A DNA stretch of 64,000 nucleotides from assembly GCA_963555815.3 (NCBI GenBank), contig CAUVWX020000001.1:1120001-1184000 (forward strand), in the 5' to 3' direction. Below, piece by piece: positions 48,884 through 61,363 of this stretch (position 1 is its first letter; each line of letters opens with the position of its first letter). The position numbers were made by a program, and so were the translations under genes. This DNA comes from a bacterium (lineage in GTDB: Bacteria > UBA8248 > JACPRG01 > G963555815). The notes under the pieces are model-generated. The model searched no databases and was not told the DNA's origin. It saw only the letters and a list, made by a program, of their open reading frames with translations.

Positions 48884-50268
48884 TGCTGGGAGCCGACCGG
48901 GCCTTGACGTTGCTCGAGGGGATTTTGAAGGCGGCGCCCTCCGCGGTTCGCGTGGAGGTGACCCTTCGGGCCCAGGATGGAGGCTACACCCGGTTCGCCC
49001 GCTCCCGCGTCCACCAGAGTGCGGAGGAGTCGGACGCCCGGGTGAGTCTGCGGGTGGGTCTCGGCGAGCAGGTGGGGATCGCCTCGACAAACCGGTTGGA
49101 CAAATCCTCTCTGAAGGTTTGCATGGAGGGAGCCCTTCGGGCCGCTGAGGCGAGCCCTCCGGTCCTGGCCCTAGGCCCTCAGGCGCCTCCCCGCCCCATT
49201 CCCCCCCTGGAGCTTTTTGACGAGGAGACGGCCGCCTGGGGACCCCTGGAGCGGGTCGAAACCCTTCGCGGGATCTTCGAGACGAAAAACGCGGGACCGG
49301 GTGGGGCAGGGGCCACATTTGCAGGTGCCATCTCGACGGGGAAGGAAGAGCAGGTGACCGTCAACTCGGCAGGGTTGAGGGCATATCTGGCGGGAACCTA
49401 TGCCGAGGTGAGCCTCATCGCAGAGGGGGAGGCCGAAGGAGACTATACCCCTTCAGGATACGCAAGCGCCGCCTCCCGCAAGGTGGGGCATCTTGACCTT
49501 CTGGGTCTCGGAGAGCGGGCCTTGAAAAAATGCCGACTGGCCGTTCATCCCAAAGCCCTCCCTGCCGGGGTTTACCCCGTGCTCCTTGAGCCCCCGGCCC
49601 TGGCCGAGATCCTCCAATGGCTTTGCTACATCGGTCTGGGGGCCCAGGCGCATCTTGACGGGCGCGGCTTTATGAGCGGGAGGATAGGAGAGGAGATCAC
49701 GGGCACTTCCTTTTCCCTCTGGGACGACGGAGGAGACCCTTCGGGTTTTTCCATCCCCTTTGACTTTGAGGGGAACCCCAAATGCCGGGTCTCCCTCATC
49801 GAGAAGGGGGTAGCGCGGGGAGTCGCCATGGACTCTGCCCAGGCCAAAAGGGCGGGGGGGGCCTCGACGGGCCACGCCGTCTCCTTTGACCTATCGGCCG
49901 AATCCTCCCCCAGAAATCTTTTTGTCGCCGAAGGCGAGGCTTCTTTTGAGGATCTTCCGACCACGTTGGACCGGGGCCTCTGGGTGAGCCGGTTTCATTA
50001 CGTGAACGGTTACCTTCACCCCCCGACCTGTCTCATGACGGGCATGACCCGGGACGGGACCTTCTGGGTCGAGGACGGTAAGGTGCGTCACGCTGTCCAT
50101 AACCTTCGCTTTACCCAGGGGATGTTGGAGGCCTTCCGAGGGATTCGAGCCATCAGCAAAGAGCGCTGGTGCTTGGGATCGAGGGGGGAGTGGGGACCCT
50201 ATTGTGTGGCCCCTGCGGTGGTCCTCGACGCCTTTTGCTTCACTGGCGGTACCCCCTCCTCGTCATGA
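48883..50268 (+). CDS. pmbA: TldE/PmbA family protein
   Basis: TRFARSRVHQ, PFDFEG, TGMTRDG; ATG overlaps the tldD stop. Confidence 0.88.
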   Translation: MLGADRALTLLEGILKAAPSAVRVEVTLRAQDGGYTRFARSRVHQSAEESDARVSLRVGLGEQVGIASTNRLDKSSLKVCMEGALRAAEASPPVLALGPQAPPRPIPPLELFDEETAAWGPLERVETLRGIFETKNAGPGGAGATFAGAISTGKEEQVTVNSAGLRAYLAGTYAEVSLIAEGEAEGDYTPSGYASAASRKVGHLDLLGLGERALKKCRLAVHPKALPAGVYPVLLEPPALAEILQWLCYIGLGAQAHLDGRGFMSGRIGEEITGTSFSLWDDGGDPSGFSIPFDFEGNPKCRVSLIEKGVARGVAMDSAQAKRAGGASTGHAVSFDLSAESSPRNLFVAEGEASFEDLPTTLDRGLWVSRFHYVNGYLHPPTCLMTGMTRDGTFWVEDGKVRHAVHNLRFTQGMLEAFRGIRAISKERWCLGSRGEWGPYCVAPAVVLDAFCFTGGTPSSS

Positions 50269-50297
50269 GGGGATGCGCACGGGATGGGGAGGGTGAA

Positions 50298-51701
50298 TCA
50301 GGGTTGCTGCTTCAGGGCGAGGAAGAGGGTGGCTCGGTCTCGGTTGATGAGGAGAAGGGTAGAGGGATTCTTTTGGGCCTCTTCGATGAGGCGGTGGTAA
50401 ACCGGGAGAGCAGTGACCTTCTGGCTATTGATCTCCAAGATCACGTCCCCAGGTCGAAGGCCGGAGCTCTGGGCGGGGCTGTTGTCTTCCACACGGGACA
50501 CGATGACGCCTTCATTGGTCTCAAGGTTCAGTTGTCTTGCAAGATCTGGGGGGAGGGCGCGGACCTCGATGCCCAAGCGTTCCGGCGGAACAGACCGCTT
50601 CGAGACTTCCAAGTCCCCTAGGCGGACCTCCAGGTCAAGGGAGTCGAACTTCCTCATGACTTCGAGATGGACCTGAGCCCCCGGCTCGGTGCCCCCCACA
50701 AAGCGGGGAAGATCCTCCACCCTCTGGATGGACTTCCCGTTGAACTTCAAAATCACATCGCCTTGGCGAATTCCTCCGGCCGCGGCCGGTCCTCCTTCGG
50801 TCACCTCGGCCACCAGGGCCCCTTCCTTTGTCCGAAGGCCGAGGGACTGGGCAAGGTCCTGGGTCACCTCCTGGATGACGACGCCGAGCCAGCCCCGGCG
50901 TACCTTACCGTGGGCCGTTAAGTCCGCGAGGACATGCTTGGCGAGGTTGATGGGGATGGCGAAACCTACTCCCAAGCTGTCTCTGACGATGGCCGTGTTA
51001 ATGCCGATGACCTCACCCTGATCGTTCAGGAGGGGGCCTCCGGAGTTGCCCACATTGATATAGGCGTCCGTCTGGATATAGTTGTCGTAGGGTCCAGACC
51101 CGATGATTCTCCCCTTGGCGCTCACCACCCCCACCGTGACGGTCTGAGCAAGGCCAAAGGGGCTCCCAATCGCCATGGCCCATTCCCCCACCTCGAGTTG
51201 GTCCGAGTCCCCCAGCATTGCTGCAGGGAGGGGTTCCCCGACCTTGATGCGGAGGAGGGCGAGGTCTGTGTTGGCGTCTGTCCCGATGACCTCGGCGTCA
51301 AATTCGCGACGATCGTGGAGGGAGACCTTGATGCGCGTGGCCCTCTCTATCACGTGGAAATTGGTCAAGATGAGGCCCTTTGGGTCGATGATAAAGCCGG
51401 AGCCCAAGCTGTGGCGGCCCGGGTTGTTCTGCTGAGGCCCAAAGTCAGGAACAACCCCGGGATAGTTGGGACGGCCCGGCCTCCCACCAAGGGGTCCTGG
51501 AAACCGCCGAGCCGGGACGGGCTCCGTGGTGCTGATATTGACGACCATGGGCTTTTGGGATTTGGCGATCTCGACGAAAGTGCGAGAACCAAAGGGATGG
51601 GGGGCGTTCCCTTGCGCCCTCGCCTCAGAATGTAGTGCCCAGAGCGCGAGGAGGGCGGCCCCGCTAAGTGCGAGAAACCTCTGTGGACGGGACCGTCCCA
51701 T
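50298..51701 (-). CDS. degP: HtrA/DegP family serine protease with two PDZ domains
   Basis: LGSGFII, TNFHV, TDLALL, GNSGGPL. Confidence 0.95.
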   Translation of the reverse strand: MGRSRPQRFLALSGAALLALWALHSEARAQGNAPHPFGSRTFVEIAKSQKPMVVNISTTEPVPARRFPGPLGGRPGRPNYPGVVPDFGPQQNNPGRHSLGSGFIIDPKGLILTNFHVIERATRIKVSLHDRREFDAEVIGTDANTDLALLRIKVGEPLPAAMLGDSDQLEVGEWAMAIGSPFGLAQTVTVGVVSAKGRIIGSGPYDNYIQTDAYINVGNSGGPLLNDQGEVIGINTAIVRDSLGVGFAIPINLAKHVLADLTAHGKVRRGWLGVVIQEVTQDLAQSLGLRTKEGALVAEVTEGGPAAAGGIRQGDVILKFNGKSIQRVEDLPRFVGGTEPGAQVHLEVMRKFDSLDLEVRLGDLEVSKRSVPPERLGIEVRALPPDLARQLNLETNEGVIVSRVEDNSPAQSSGLRPGDVILEINSQKVTALPVYHRLIEEAQKNPSTLLLINRDRATLFLALKQQP

Positions 51702-51860
51702 CTAACCTCCCCGTCACCATCATCGGTCCGTCTCTTGAGGAAGTGCTCATCCGAGTCGCATTGACGCCAGAACCTTGGGATGCTAATTTAACTTTATTCC
51801 CTTAAGAGTCTTTTTGTAAAGGGAGTTTTTTTGTGGCAAAAGTTAGCAGGAGAGCCCCTC

Positions 51861-52954
51861 TTGGGCGAAACAACAAAGGGTCTTTTAGACGATTCCGCTC
51901 ACCGAAGCCGAGTGGATCGTCATGGCATGTTCGAGATTCTGGGGAGATGGCCAGAACAGTGGACGGAAGCGACGAAGCTGGCGCGCCAGGTGGCCGACTC
52001 CCGGGACTCGAAGGGCCTGGATGAAACCGCCCATGTCGTCGTAGCGGGTATGGGGGGGTCAGCCATCGGGGGTGACCTCCTTCGCTCCTGCACGTCGGAC
52101 ACCCTCGGCGTCCCCCTCGTTGTCTCCAGGTCCCACCTGCTCCCCGCCTTCGTGAGCGGGAAGACGCTCTTCATTGCTGTCAGTTACTCCGGGAACACCG
52201 AGGAGACCCTGTCGGCCGCCGCCCTTGCCCGTCAGGCGGGCGCCCGGGTGATCGCCGTGGCGAGCGGGGGAAGGCTTGCGGCCGAATGCCGAGAGAGCGG
52301 CGAACAGGTTATTTGCGTTCCTTCTGGGCTTCCACCCCGCCAGGCCCTTGCCTTCCTCTTTTTGCCTCTTCTGGGTTTGCTTCAAGGGTTAGGTTTCTTG
52401 GGTGACCAGGGAGCGGCCATGGAAGAGACAGAAAGGCTCCTGAAGGTTCTGGTGGACCGCTACGGACCGGATCGGCCAAGTGGCAAAAATCCCGCCAAGG
52501 ACCTGGCGGCGGTTCTTTTTGAGCGAATTCCCGTCATCTACGGTGTCCAGGACAGGACCGACGCTGTCGCCCTGAGGTGGCGGGGTCAGTTTCACGAGAA
52601 CAGCAAGGTCTGGGCCTCGGCCAATGTCCTTCCCGAGCTGGACCACAACGAGGTGACGGCCTTTGGCTCCCTCCCAGAGCTGACGCGGGCGCGCCTCCAC
52701 GTCGTCTTCCTCGAGGACAGTGAGGACAGCCCTCGGGTCACTCGCCAGATTGAGCTGACGCGGGACATCATCACCCCGCAGGTGGCTGGGGTGACCCGCG
52801 TGAGGGCCGAGGGGGAGGGCCGCCTGGCGCGGCTTTTCTCCCTGGTCGTGCTGGGTGATTTTGCGAGCTGTTACCTGGCCCTGCTCTACGGCGTGGACCC
52901 TCTCCCCGTCCCTGTTATCGAGAATTTGAAAAGGGCGCTGGCGGAGGGCGAGGA

Positions 52955-52958
<4 letters not shown>
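51861..52958 (+). CDS. Bifunctional phosphoglucose/phosphomannose isomerase (SIS)
   Basis: [30 protein letters not shown]; start uncertain (51831 or 51861). Confidence 0.92.
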
Positions 52959-54762
<1,804 letters not shown>

Positions 54763-54875
54763 ATGAGAGAAGATTTCGAGGACAGGAGACCGAGGTCTCC
54801 GGTATAATTTTAAGAAACTCGAGTATTTTAAGAACACGATCGTGACTCCCAGGACATAAGGAAAACGTTTTCGCC

Positions 54876-55616
54876 ATGATGAGAGATGCTGCGACCCAAG
54901 ATGACTTTCTCCGGGAAACCCCTCAGGACGTAGGGCGGAAGAAAAAGAGAAAAGGCCTCTTTCGAGAGTACGCCGAGGCCATCCTGCTGGCTCTTGTCTT
55001 GGCCCTGCTGTTGAGGGCCTTTGTGGTTCAGGCCTTCAAGATTCCTTCAGGTTCCATGAAAGAGACCCTTCAGATCGGGGATCATATCCTGGTGAACAAG
55101 CTTCTCTACCGGACCTGGTCCAAGGAGGACCTGGCGGAAGTTTTTGAGGTCATCCCCTTCCTGGGAGACGCGGTTAAGAGCCTCACCGTACGCCTCCCCT
55201 TCGACTATCATTTTCGTTTCAAGAATGTTCAGCGTGGCGACGTGGTGGTCTTTAAATTCCCCAGAGATGAGAGTAGGGATTTCATCAAACGGGTGATCGG
55301 TTTATCAGGGGAGGTGGTGGAGGTCCGAGGCCGCACCGTGTTCATTGACGGCGAACCCCTGGATGAACCCTACGCCCAGTACGACGAAGTGGGGCCTCAG
55401 GGGTCCTTTGCCACGCGCGAGCGCTACGGGCCGGAACGTGTCCCCGAAGGGCACCTCTTCATGATGGGTGATAACCGGGATAACAGCCTCGATAGCCGGG
55501 CTTGGGGATTCCTCGACATGGACAACGTCAAGGGGGAGGCCTTCATCGTCTACTGGTCCTGGAATGGGGGCGACACCTCGGTTCGCTGGAACCGCTTGGG
55601 ACACCTCCTCTTCTGA
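54876..55616 (+). CDS. lepB: Signal peptidase I
   Basis: IPSGSM, FIKRVIG, MGDNRDNSLDSR. Confidence 0.96.
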   Translation: MMRDAATQDDFLRETPQDVGRKKKRKGLFREYAEAILLALVLALLLRAFVVQAFKIPSGSMKETLQIGDHILVNKLLYRTWSKEDLAEVFEVIPFLGDAVKSLTVRLPFDYHFRFKNVQRGDVVVFKFPRDESRDFIKRVIGLSGEVVEVRGRTVFIDGEPLDEPYAQYDEVGPQGSFATRERYGPERVPEGHLFMMGDNRDNSLDSRAWGFLDMDNVKGEAFIVYWSWNGGDTSVRWNRLGHLLF

Positions 55617-55742
55617 GGGGAGGGGGGGCGGCTCACCGTCGAGACAGCGCTTAGCTGGGGCTCAGTTTTCTTCTCCCATCGTCACCACCAGCCTCTTTTA
55701 ACCACCAGCCATCCTGCTTAGCCCTGAAGAGGGGCCGCCTCC

Positions 55743-56597
55743 TCACTCGGAACTCCCCCGAGCGGGAATGGAGTTTTCTTCTCTCTTGGGTCCTCTCGAA
55801 AGGGATCCCAGGCACTCGGAGAGGTGGGCGAACTCCTCAATGCCGATGGTCTCGGCCCGCCTCCTCGGGTCCACCCCGGCTTCCCGAATGGCCTCAGCCA
55901 GCTCCCCCGTCGCCGCCCAACGCGGGTAAAGAACCTTGAGATTATTGAGAAGCGTTTTTCGTCTCTGGGAGAAGCTTGCCCGCAAGACTTGGTCGAAGAG
56001 ATCGGGGTCTTTCAAGGGGACTCGGGGGGTTCGTCTCGGGGTGATCCGAATCACGGTGGATGAGACCCTGGGCGGAGGAGAGAAGGCCTTGGGCGGCACA
56101 TCGAAGCCCAGGACGACCTCGTTCCAGAGCTGAACGGCGATGGAGAGAGTTCCATAAGCCTTTCGGCCGGGTTGCGCCGAAAGTCGCTGGGCCACTTCCC
56201 TCTGGAGCATGAAGATCATCTTGTTGACGGCCTCGCGAAGGGGAAGAAGTCGCAAGAGGATGCCCGTGGCGGCATAGTAGGGGAGATTTCCGATGACCGT
56301 GATCCCAGGGCCAAGGGAGGCAAAATCGAACGAGAGTGCGTTGGCCTGAAGAACTTCGACGTGGGGGACCTCGGCGAATTCCCGCTTTAGCCGAGAGACC
56401 AGATCGGGGTCGATCTCGAGAGCCGTGAGGTGGCCTCCACCTGAGAGAACCCGAGCCAGACGTCGGGTCAGGGCCCCCCGGCCCGCCCCGATCTCCAGGA
56501 CCCGCTCCTTGCCCTCCAGGCGGGCGAAGGCCGCTATCCGGTCGAGGATGTAGCGGTTACTCAGGAAGTGTTGACCGATGGGGGGGCGTCGGGTCAT
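55743..56597 (-). CDS. rsmA: 16S rRNA adenine dimethyltransferase
   Basis: GQHFL, EIGAGRG, GNLPY, MLQREVA. Confidence 0.96.
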   Translation of the reverse strand: MTRRPPIGQHFLSNRYILDRIAAFARLEGKERVLEIGAGRGALTRRLARVLSGGGHLTALEIDPDLVSRLKREFAEVPHVEVLQANALSFDFASLGPGITVIGNLPYYAATGILLRLLPLREAVNKMIFMLQREVAQRLSAQPGRKAYGTLSIAVQLWNEVVLGFDVPPKAFSPPPRVSSTVIRITPRRTPRVPLKDPDLFDQVLRASFSQRRKTLLNNLKVLYPRWAATGELAEAIREAGVDPRRRAETIGIEEFAHLSECLGSLSRGPKREENSIPARGSSE

Positions 56598-57679
56598 GGC
56601 CGAACAGAGGGGCCCTTTTGTCTCCTCAAGTGGCGGGCCCGCTGAAGGGTGAGCCTTGAGGCCAAGCGCAGGGCGGCGATGAGACCCTCGGGGTCGGCCT
56701 TGCCTTGGCCCGTGATGTCAAAAGCAGTTCCGTGGGCGGGGGAGGTCCGCACGAAGGGAAGCCCCAGGGTGACGTTGACGGCCTTCCCACGGCCGAGAAC
56801 CTTGGCGGCGATGAGGCCCTGGTCGTGATACATGGCCAGGACGGCTCGAAAGCGCCGGGGGCGGGCAAAGAGCGCATCTGCGGGAAAGGGCCCCTGGACC
56901 GAGATTCCCTCTCTTGTGGCCTGGCGTACCGCGGGGATGATCTTCCGCTCCTCTTCGGACCCCAAGAGGCCCGACTCCCCGGAGTGGGGGTTGAGCGCGC
57001 AGACGTCGATTGAGGAGTCCCTTTGGCCCAGACCCCTGAGCCATCCGTCAAGGAGACGGAGCTTGGACAGGATGGCCTGGGTGGTGATGGCCCCTGAAAC
57101 CTTCGAGAGGGGGAGGTGGGTCGTGACGAGGCCGATCCAGCCCTGCCGGATGAAGAAGGCCATCATGTGATCTCGAGCCTGACACAGATCGGCGAGGAGC
57201 TCCGTATGCCCCGGGTAGTCGGTCCCTGCCAGGTCCCAGGAAACCTTGTGGATGGGGGCCGTGACGACGGCGTCCACCTGTCCCGAGAGGGCCAGCCGGG
57301 CTGCCCGACGGACATAGGCGAGGGAGGCCTTTCCGGTCGGTGCGCTCGTCTCTCCGACACGAACGCCCCGCAGGCGCGTCTCCCCCTCGTGCCAGAGGGC
57401 GGGGGAGGGGGTCTTGTGCAAGCGGTTTTCTCCCTTCGGTCTGACGGTATGAAGGCGGGAGAAGCTGGCGACGAGGCCGAGGGAGCGAGCCGTTTCCGCG
57501 AGCCAGCCCCGGTGTCCAACCACCAGGAGATGGCTTTCTTTGAGCACATGAGGGTTTTTTAGGGCCTTGAGGACGATCTCGGGACCGATCCCCGCGGGGT
57601 CCCCCATGGTGAGGGCGATCCGGGGCAGGGTGGGGTTCCCGGAGCTGTAAGTAGGGTGTTCCCCTCTGGGGATTTTCAT
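56594..57679 (-). CDS. pdxA: 4-hydroxythreonine-4-phosphate dehydrogenase
   Basis: TMGDPAGIGPE, GHTE, LNPH, MYHDQG, RTSPAHGTA. Confidence 0.93.
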   Translation of the reverse strand: MKIPRGEHPTYSSGNPTLPRIALTMGDPAGIGPEIVLKALKNPHVLKESHLLVVGHRGWLAETARSLGLVASFSRLHTVRPKGENRLHKTPSPALWHEGETRLRGVRVGETSAPTGKASLAYVRRAARLALSGQVDAVVTAPIHKVSWDLAGTDYPGHTELLADLCQARDHMMAFFIRQGWIGLVTTHLPLSKVSGAITTQAILSKLRLLDGWLRGLGQRDSSIDVCALNPHSGESGLLGSEEERKIIPAVRQATREGISVQGPFPADALFARPRRFRAVLAMYHDQGLIAAKVLGRGKAVNVTLGLPFVRTSPAHGTAFDITGQGKADPEGLIAALRLASRLTLQRARHLRRQKGPSVRP

Positions 57680-57701
57680 GTAGAGAGATTCTACCACGCG
57701 G

Positions 57702-57730
57702 TTGACTTTTCGAAGGCAAATGTGTAAGAT
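57702..57730 (+). promoter_or_regulatory. Sigma70-like promoter of TCA operon
   Basis: TTGACT-17 nt-TAAGAT. Confidence 0.55.
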
Positions 57731-57938
57731 TTAAACTCATTCAGCGGGATAAAATCTCGCTAACCCACGCATTTTTTCACATTTTTAGCAAGTCCGGTGT
57801 TTTCACCCAGTAGGGGTGGATTCCCCGGCCGATGGGGTGGACCGGGTCGAGACTTAGAAGCGGCTCGGAGAAGCCATAGCAGCGCCTTGTTTGCCCCAAA
57901 AGGGGCGAGAAGTTTGAGCCGTGACAAGAGGGGACAGA

Positions 57939-59090
57939 ATGGCCAAGCAAGCTGTGGAGAAAGCAGAATACGCCAGGGGATTAGAGGGCGTTGTCACGAA
58001 CGAGACGGCCGTCGGCTACGTGGATGGCGTGAAAGGGCAGCTCGTCTATCGGGGTTACAGCATTGAGGACCTCGCCGAGCATTCCAGCTACGAGGAGACG
58101 ACCTACCTTCTGCTCTTTGGAAAGCTTCCGACCCGGCAGGAGCTGGATGGTTTTAAGGCGAAACTCGTCAGCCATCGGCCCATCCCCGGCCAGGTCATCG
58201 ATGTTCTGAGGGCTCTTCCACGTTCCGCCCACCCCATGGCGATGCTTCGAACCGGAATTTCCTCCCTCGGCTGTTTTAACCCCACGGCAGATCAGGCCAC
58301 TGTTGAGAACGACACCGAGATTGGCTTCAAACTCATCGCCCAGATGGCAACGGTCACGGCGGCCGTTGCTCGGATTCGAAAGGGGGCAGATCCCGTGGAT
58401 CCGGACCCCTCGCTCGACCACACGGCCAACTTCCTCCACATGGCCGGTGGGAAGAAGCCCGATCCTTTCATTACCCGTGTCATGGACGTCGCCCTCATCC
58501 TCCACGCGGACCATGGGAATAACGCCTCAACCTTCAGCTGTATGGCGGTCAATTCCTCTCTCTCGGATCTTTATTCCGCCATCGTGGCGGGTATCGGCAG
58601 CCTCAAGGGGCCCCTTCATGGAGGGGCGAACGAGCAGGCCCTGAAAGAGCTTCTCTCTATCAGTTCCCCGGATCATGTGGATGGCTACGTTGAGAAGCGC
58701 CTTAAGGAGAAGAAGAAGTTCATCGGTTTTGGCCACCGGGTTTACAAGACCTATGATCCTCGGGCCAAGATCCTGGGCCGATATTCCAAGGAGGTGACCG
58801 AGAGGAAAGGGATGGATCATCTCCATGAGACCGCCAGGCGGCTGGAAGAGCGAGTGGTCGCCGAGTTCGGCGAACGGGGAATCTTCACGAATGTGGACTT
58901 TTACTCGGGGACCATTTACCACAGCCTGGGTTTCGAGGCCCCGATGTTCACCACGCTGTTTGTCGTGAGCCGCATCGCTGGCTGGGTGGCCCGGATTCTG
59001 GAATACCTCCCCGAAAACCGGCTTTTTCGCCCTCGGGCGCTCTATGTGGGAGAGGTCGGGGCGCACTACGTACCGATTGATCAGCGCTGA
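57939..59090 (+). CDS. gltA: Citrate synthase
   Basis: HADHGNNAST, GPLHGGAN, GFGHRVYK, NVDFYSG. Confidence 0.95.
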   Translation: MAKQAVEKAEYARGLEGVVTNETAVGYVDGVKGQLVYRGYSIEDLAEHSSYEETTYLLLFGKLPTRQELDGFKAKLVSHRPIPGQVIDVLRALPRSAHPMAMLRTGISSLGCFNPTADQATVENDTEIGFKLIAQMATVTAAVARIRKGADPVDPDPSLDHTANFLHMAGGKKPDPFITRVMDVALILHADHGNNASTFSCMAVNSSLSDLYSAIVAGIGSLKGPLHGGANEQALKELLSISSPDHVDGYVEKRLKEKKKFIGFGHRVYKTYDPRAKILGRYSKEVTERKGMDHLHETARRLEERVVAEFGERGIFTNVDFYSGTIYHSLGFEAPMFTTLFVVSRIAGWVARILEYLPENRLFRPRALYVGEVGAHYVPIDQR

Positions 59091-59179
59091 GCTATCGAGG
59101 GTGGTTGGAAGGAGAAATGCACCCCTAAGCGGGAGGGGGAGGATGGCCCTTCCGAAGGGCGGGATCACAGGAGTGCAGC

Positions 59180-60415
<1,236 letters not shown>

Positions 60416-60422
60416 GGTCTCC

Positions 60423-61352
60423 ATGAAAAGACCGAAGATTACCATCGTGGGATCCGGAAACGTCGGGGCCACGGCTGCTCATTGGGCCGTTGCCAAAGCG
60501 CTTGGGGACGTGGTCCTGGTCGATATCGTCGAAGGAGTGCCCCAGGGCAAGGGCTTGGATCTCCTCCAGGCCGGGCCCGTGGAGGGTTTTGACTGCCGCG
60601 TCGTCGGCTCCAACAGCTACGCCGAGACCAAGGGCTCTGACGTGGTGGTCATTACGGCCGGGGTTCCTCGAAAGCCGGGGATGAGCCGGGAAGATCTCCT
60701 CGACACCAACGCCAAGATCATGAAGTCCGTGACTCAGGAGGTGGTCAAGGCCTCCCCCAACACCATCCTCCTCGTTGTCTCTAATCCGCTGGACGTCATG
60801 GCGTATGTGGCAAAGCAGGTGAGCGGGTTCCCCCGGGAGCGGGTGGTCGGCATGGCGGGTATTTTGGATACGGCCCGCTTTCGAACCTTCATCGCCGAGG
60901 CGGCGGGGGTCTCGGTAGAGGACATCATGGCCCTTGTCCTTGGCGGCCACGGAGACTCCATGGTCCCCTTGGTCCGTTGCACCTCCATTGGTGGGATCCC
61001 GGTGACCGAGTTTCTTCCCAAAGAAAAGATCGATGAGATTGTCGAGCGGACGCGAAACGGCGGGGCGGAGATTGTGAGCTACCTTAAGATGGGGAGTGCC
61101 TTCTACGCTCCGGGGGCGGCCATTGTCCAGATGCTGGAGGCCATCTTACAGGATAAAAAGCGGATCCTCCCCTGTTCGGCCTACCTCGAAGGGGAGTATG
61201 GCGTTGAGGGTGTCTTTCTCGGGGTTCCTGTCAAGCTTGGCGCTCGGGGGATGGAAGGGGTTATTGAGGTCCCCCTCGCCGACGAGGAACGCGAGGCCCT
61301 CATGAAATCGGCCAAGGCGGTCCAGGGCTCCATTCAGCACTTAAAGCTTTGA
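60423..61352 (+). CDS. mdh: Malate dehydrogenase (LDH-like)
   Basis: [25 protein letters not shown]. Confidence 0.97.
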   Translation: MKRPKITIVGSGNVGATAAHWAVAKALGDVVLVDIVEGVPQGKGLDLLQAGPVEGFDCRVVGSNSYAETKGSDVVVITAGVPRKPGMSREDLLDTNAKIMKSVTQEVVKASPNTILLVVSNPLDVMAYVAKQVSGFPRERVVGMAGILDTARFRTFIAEAAGVSVEDIMALVLGGHGDSMVPLVRCTSIGGIPVTEFLPKEKIDEIVERTRNGGAEIVSYLKMGSAFYAPGAAIVQMLEAILQDKKRILPCSAYLEGEYGVEGVFLGVPVKLGARGMEGVIEVPLADEEREALMKSAKAVQGSIQHLKL

Positions 61353-61363
61353 GGGCCGGAGGA

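Noticed and set aside
35701..50268. RiPP cluster formed by SagB-like gene plus tldD/pmbA
   Set aside because: The genes are about 10 kb apart, with no cyclodehydratase or precursor peptide.
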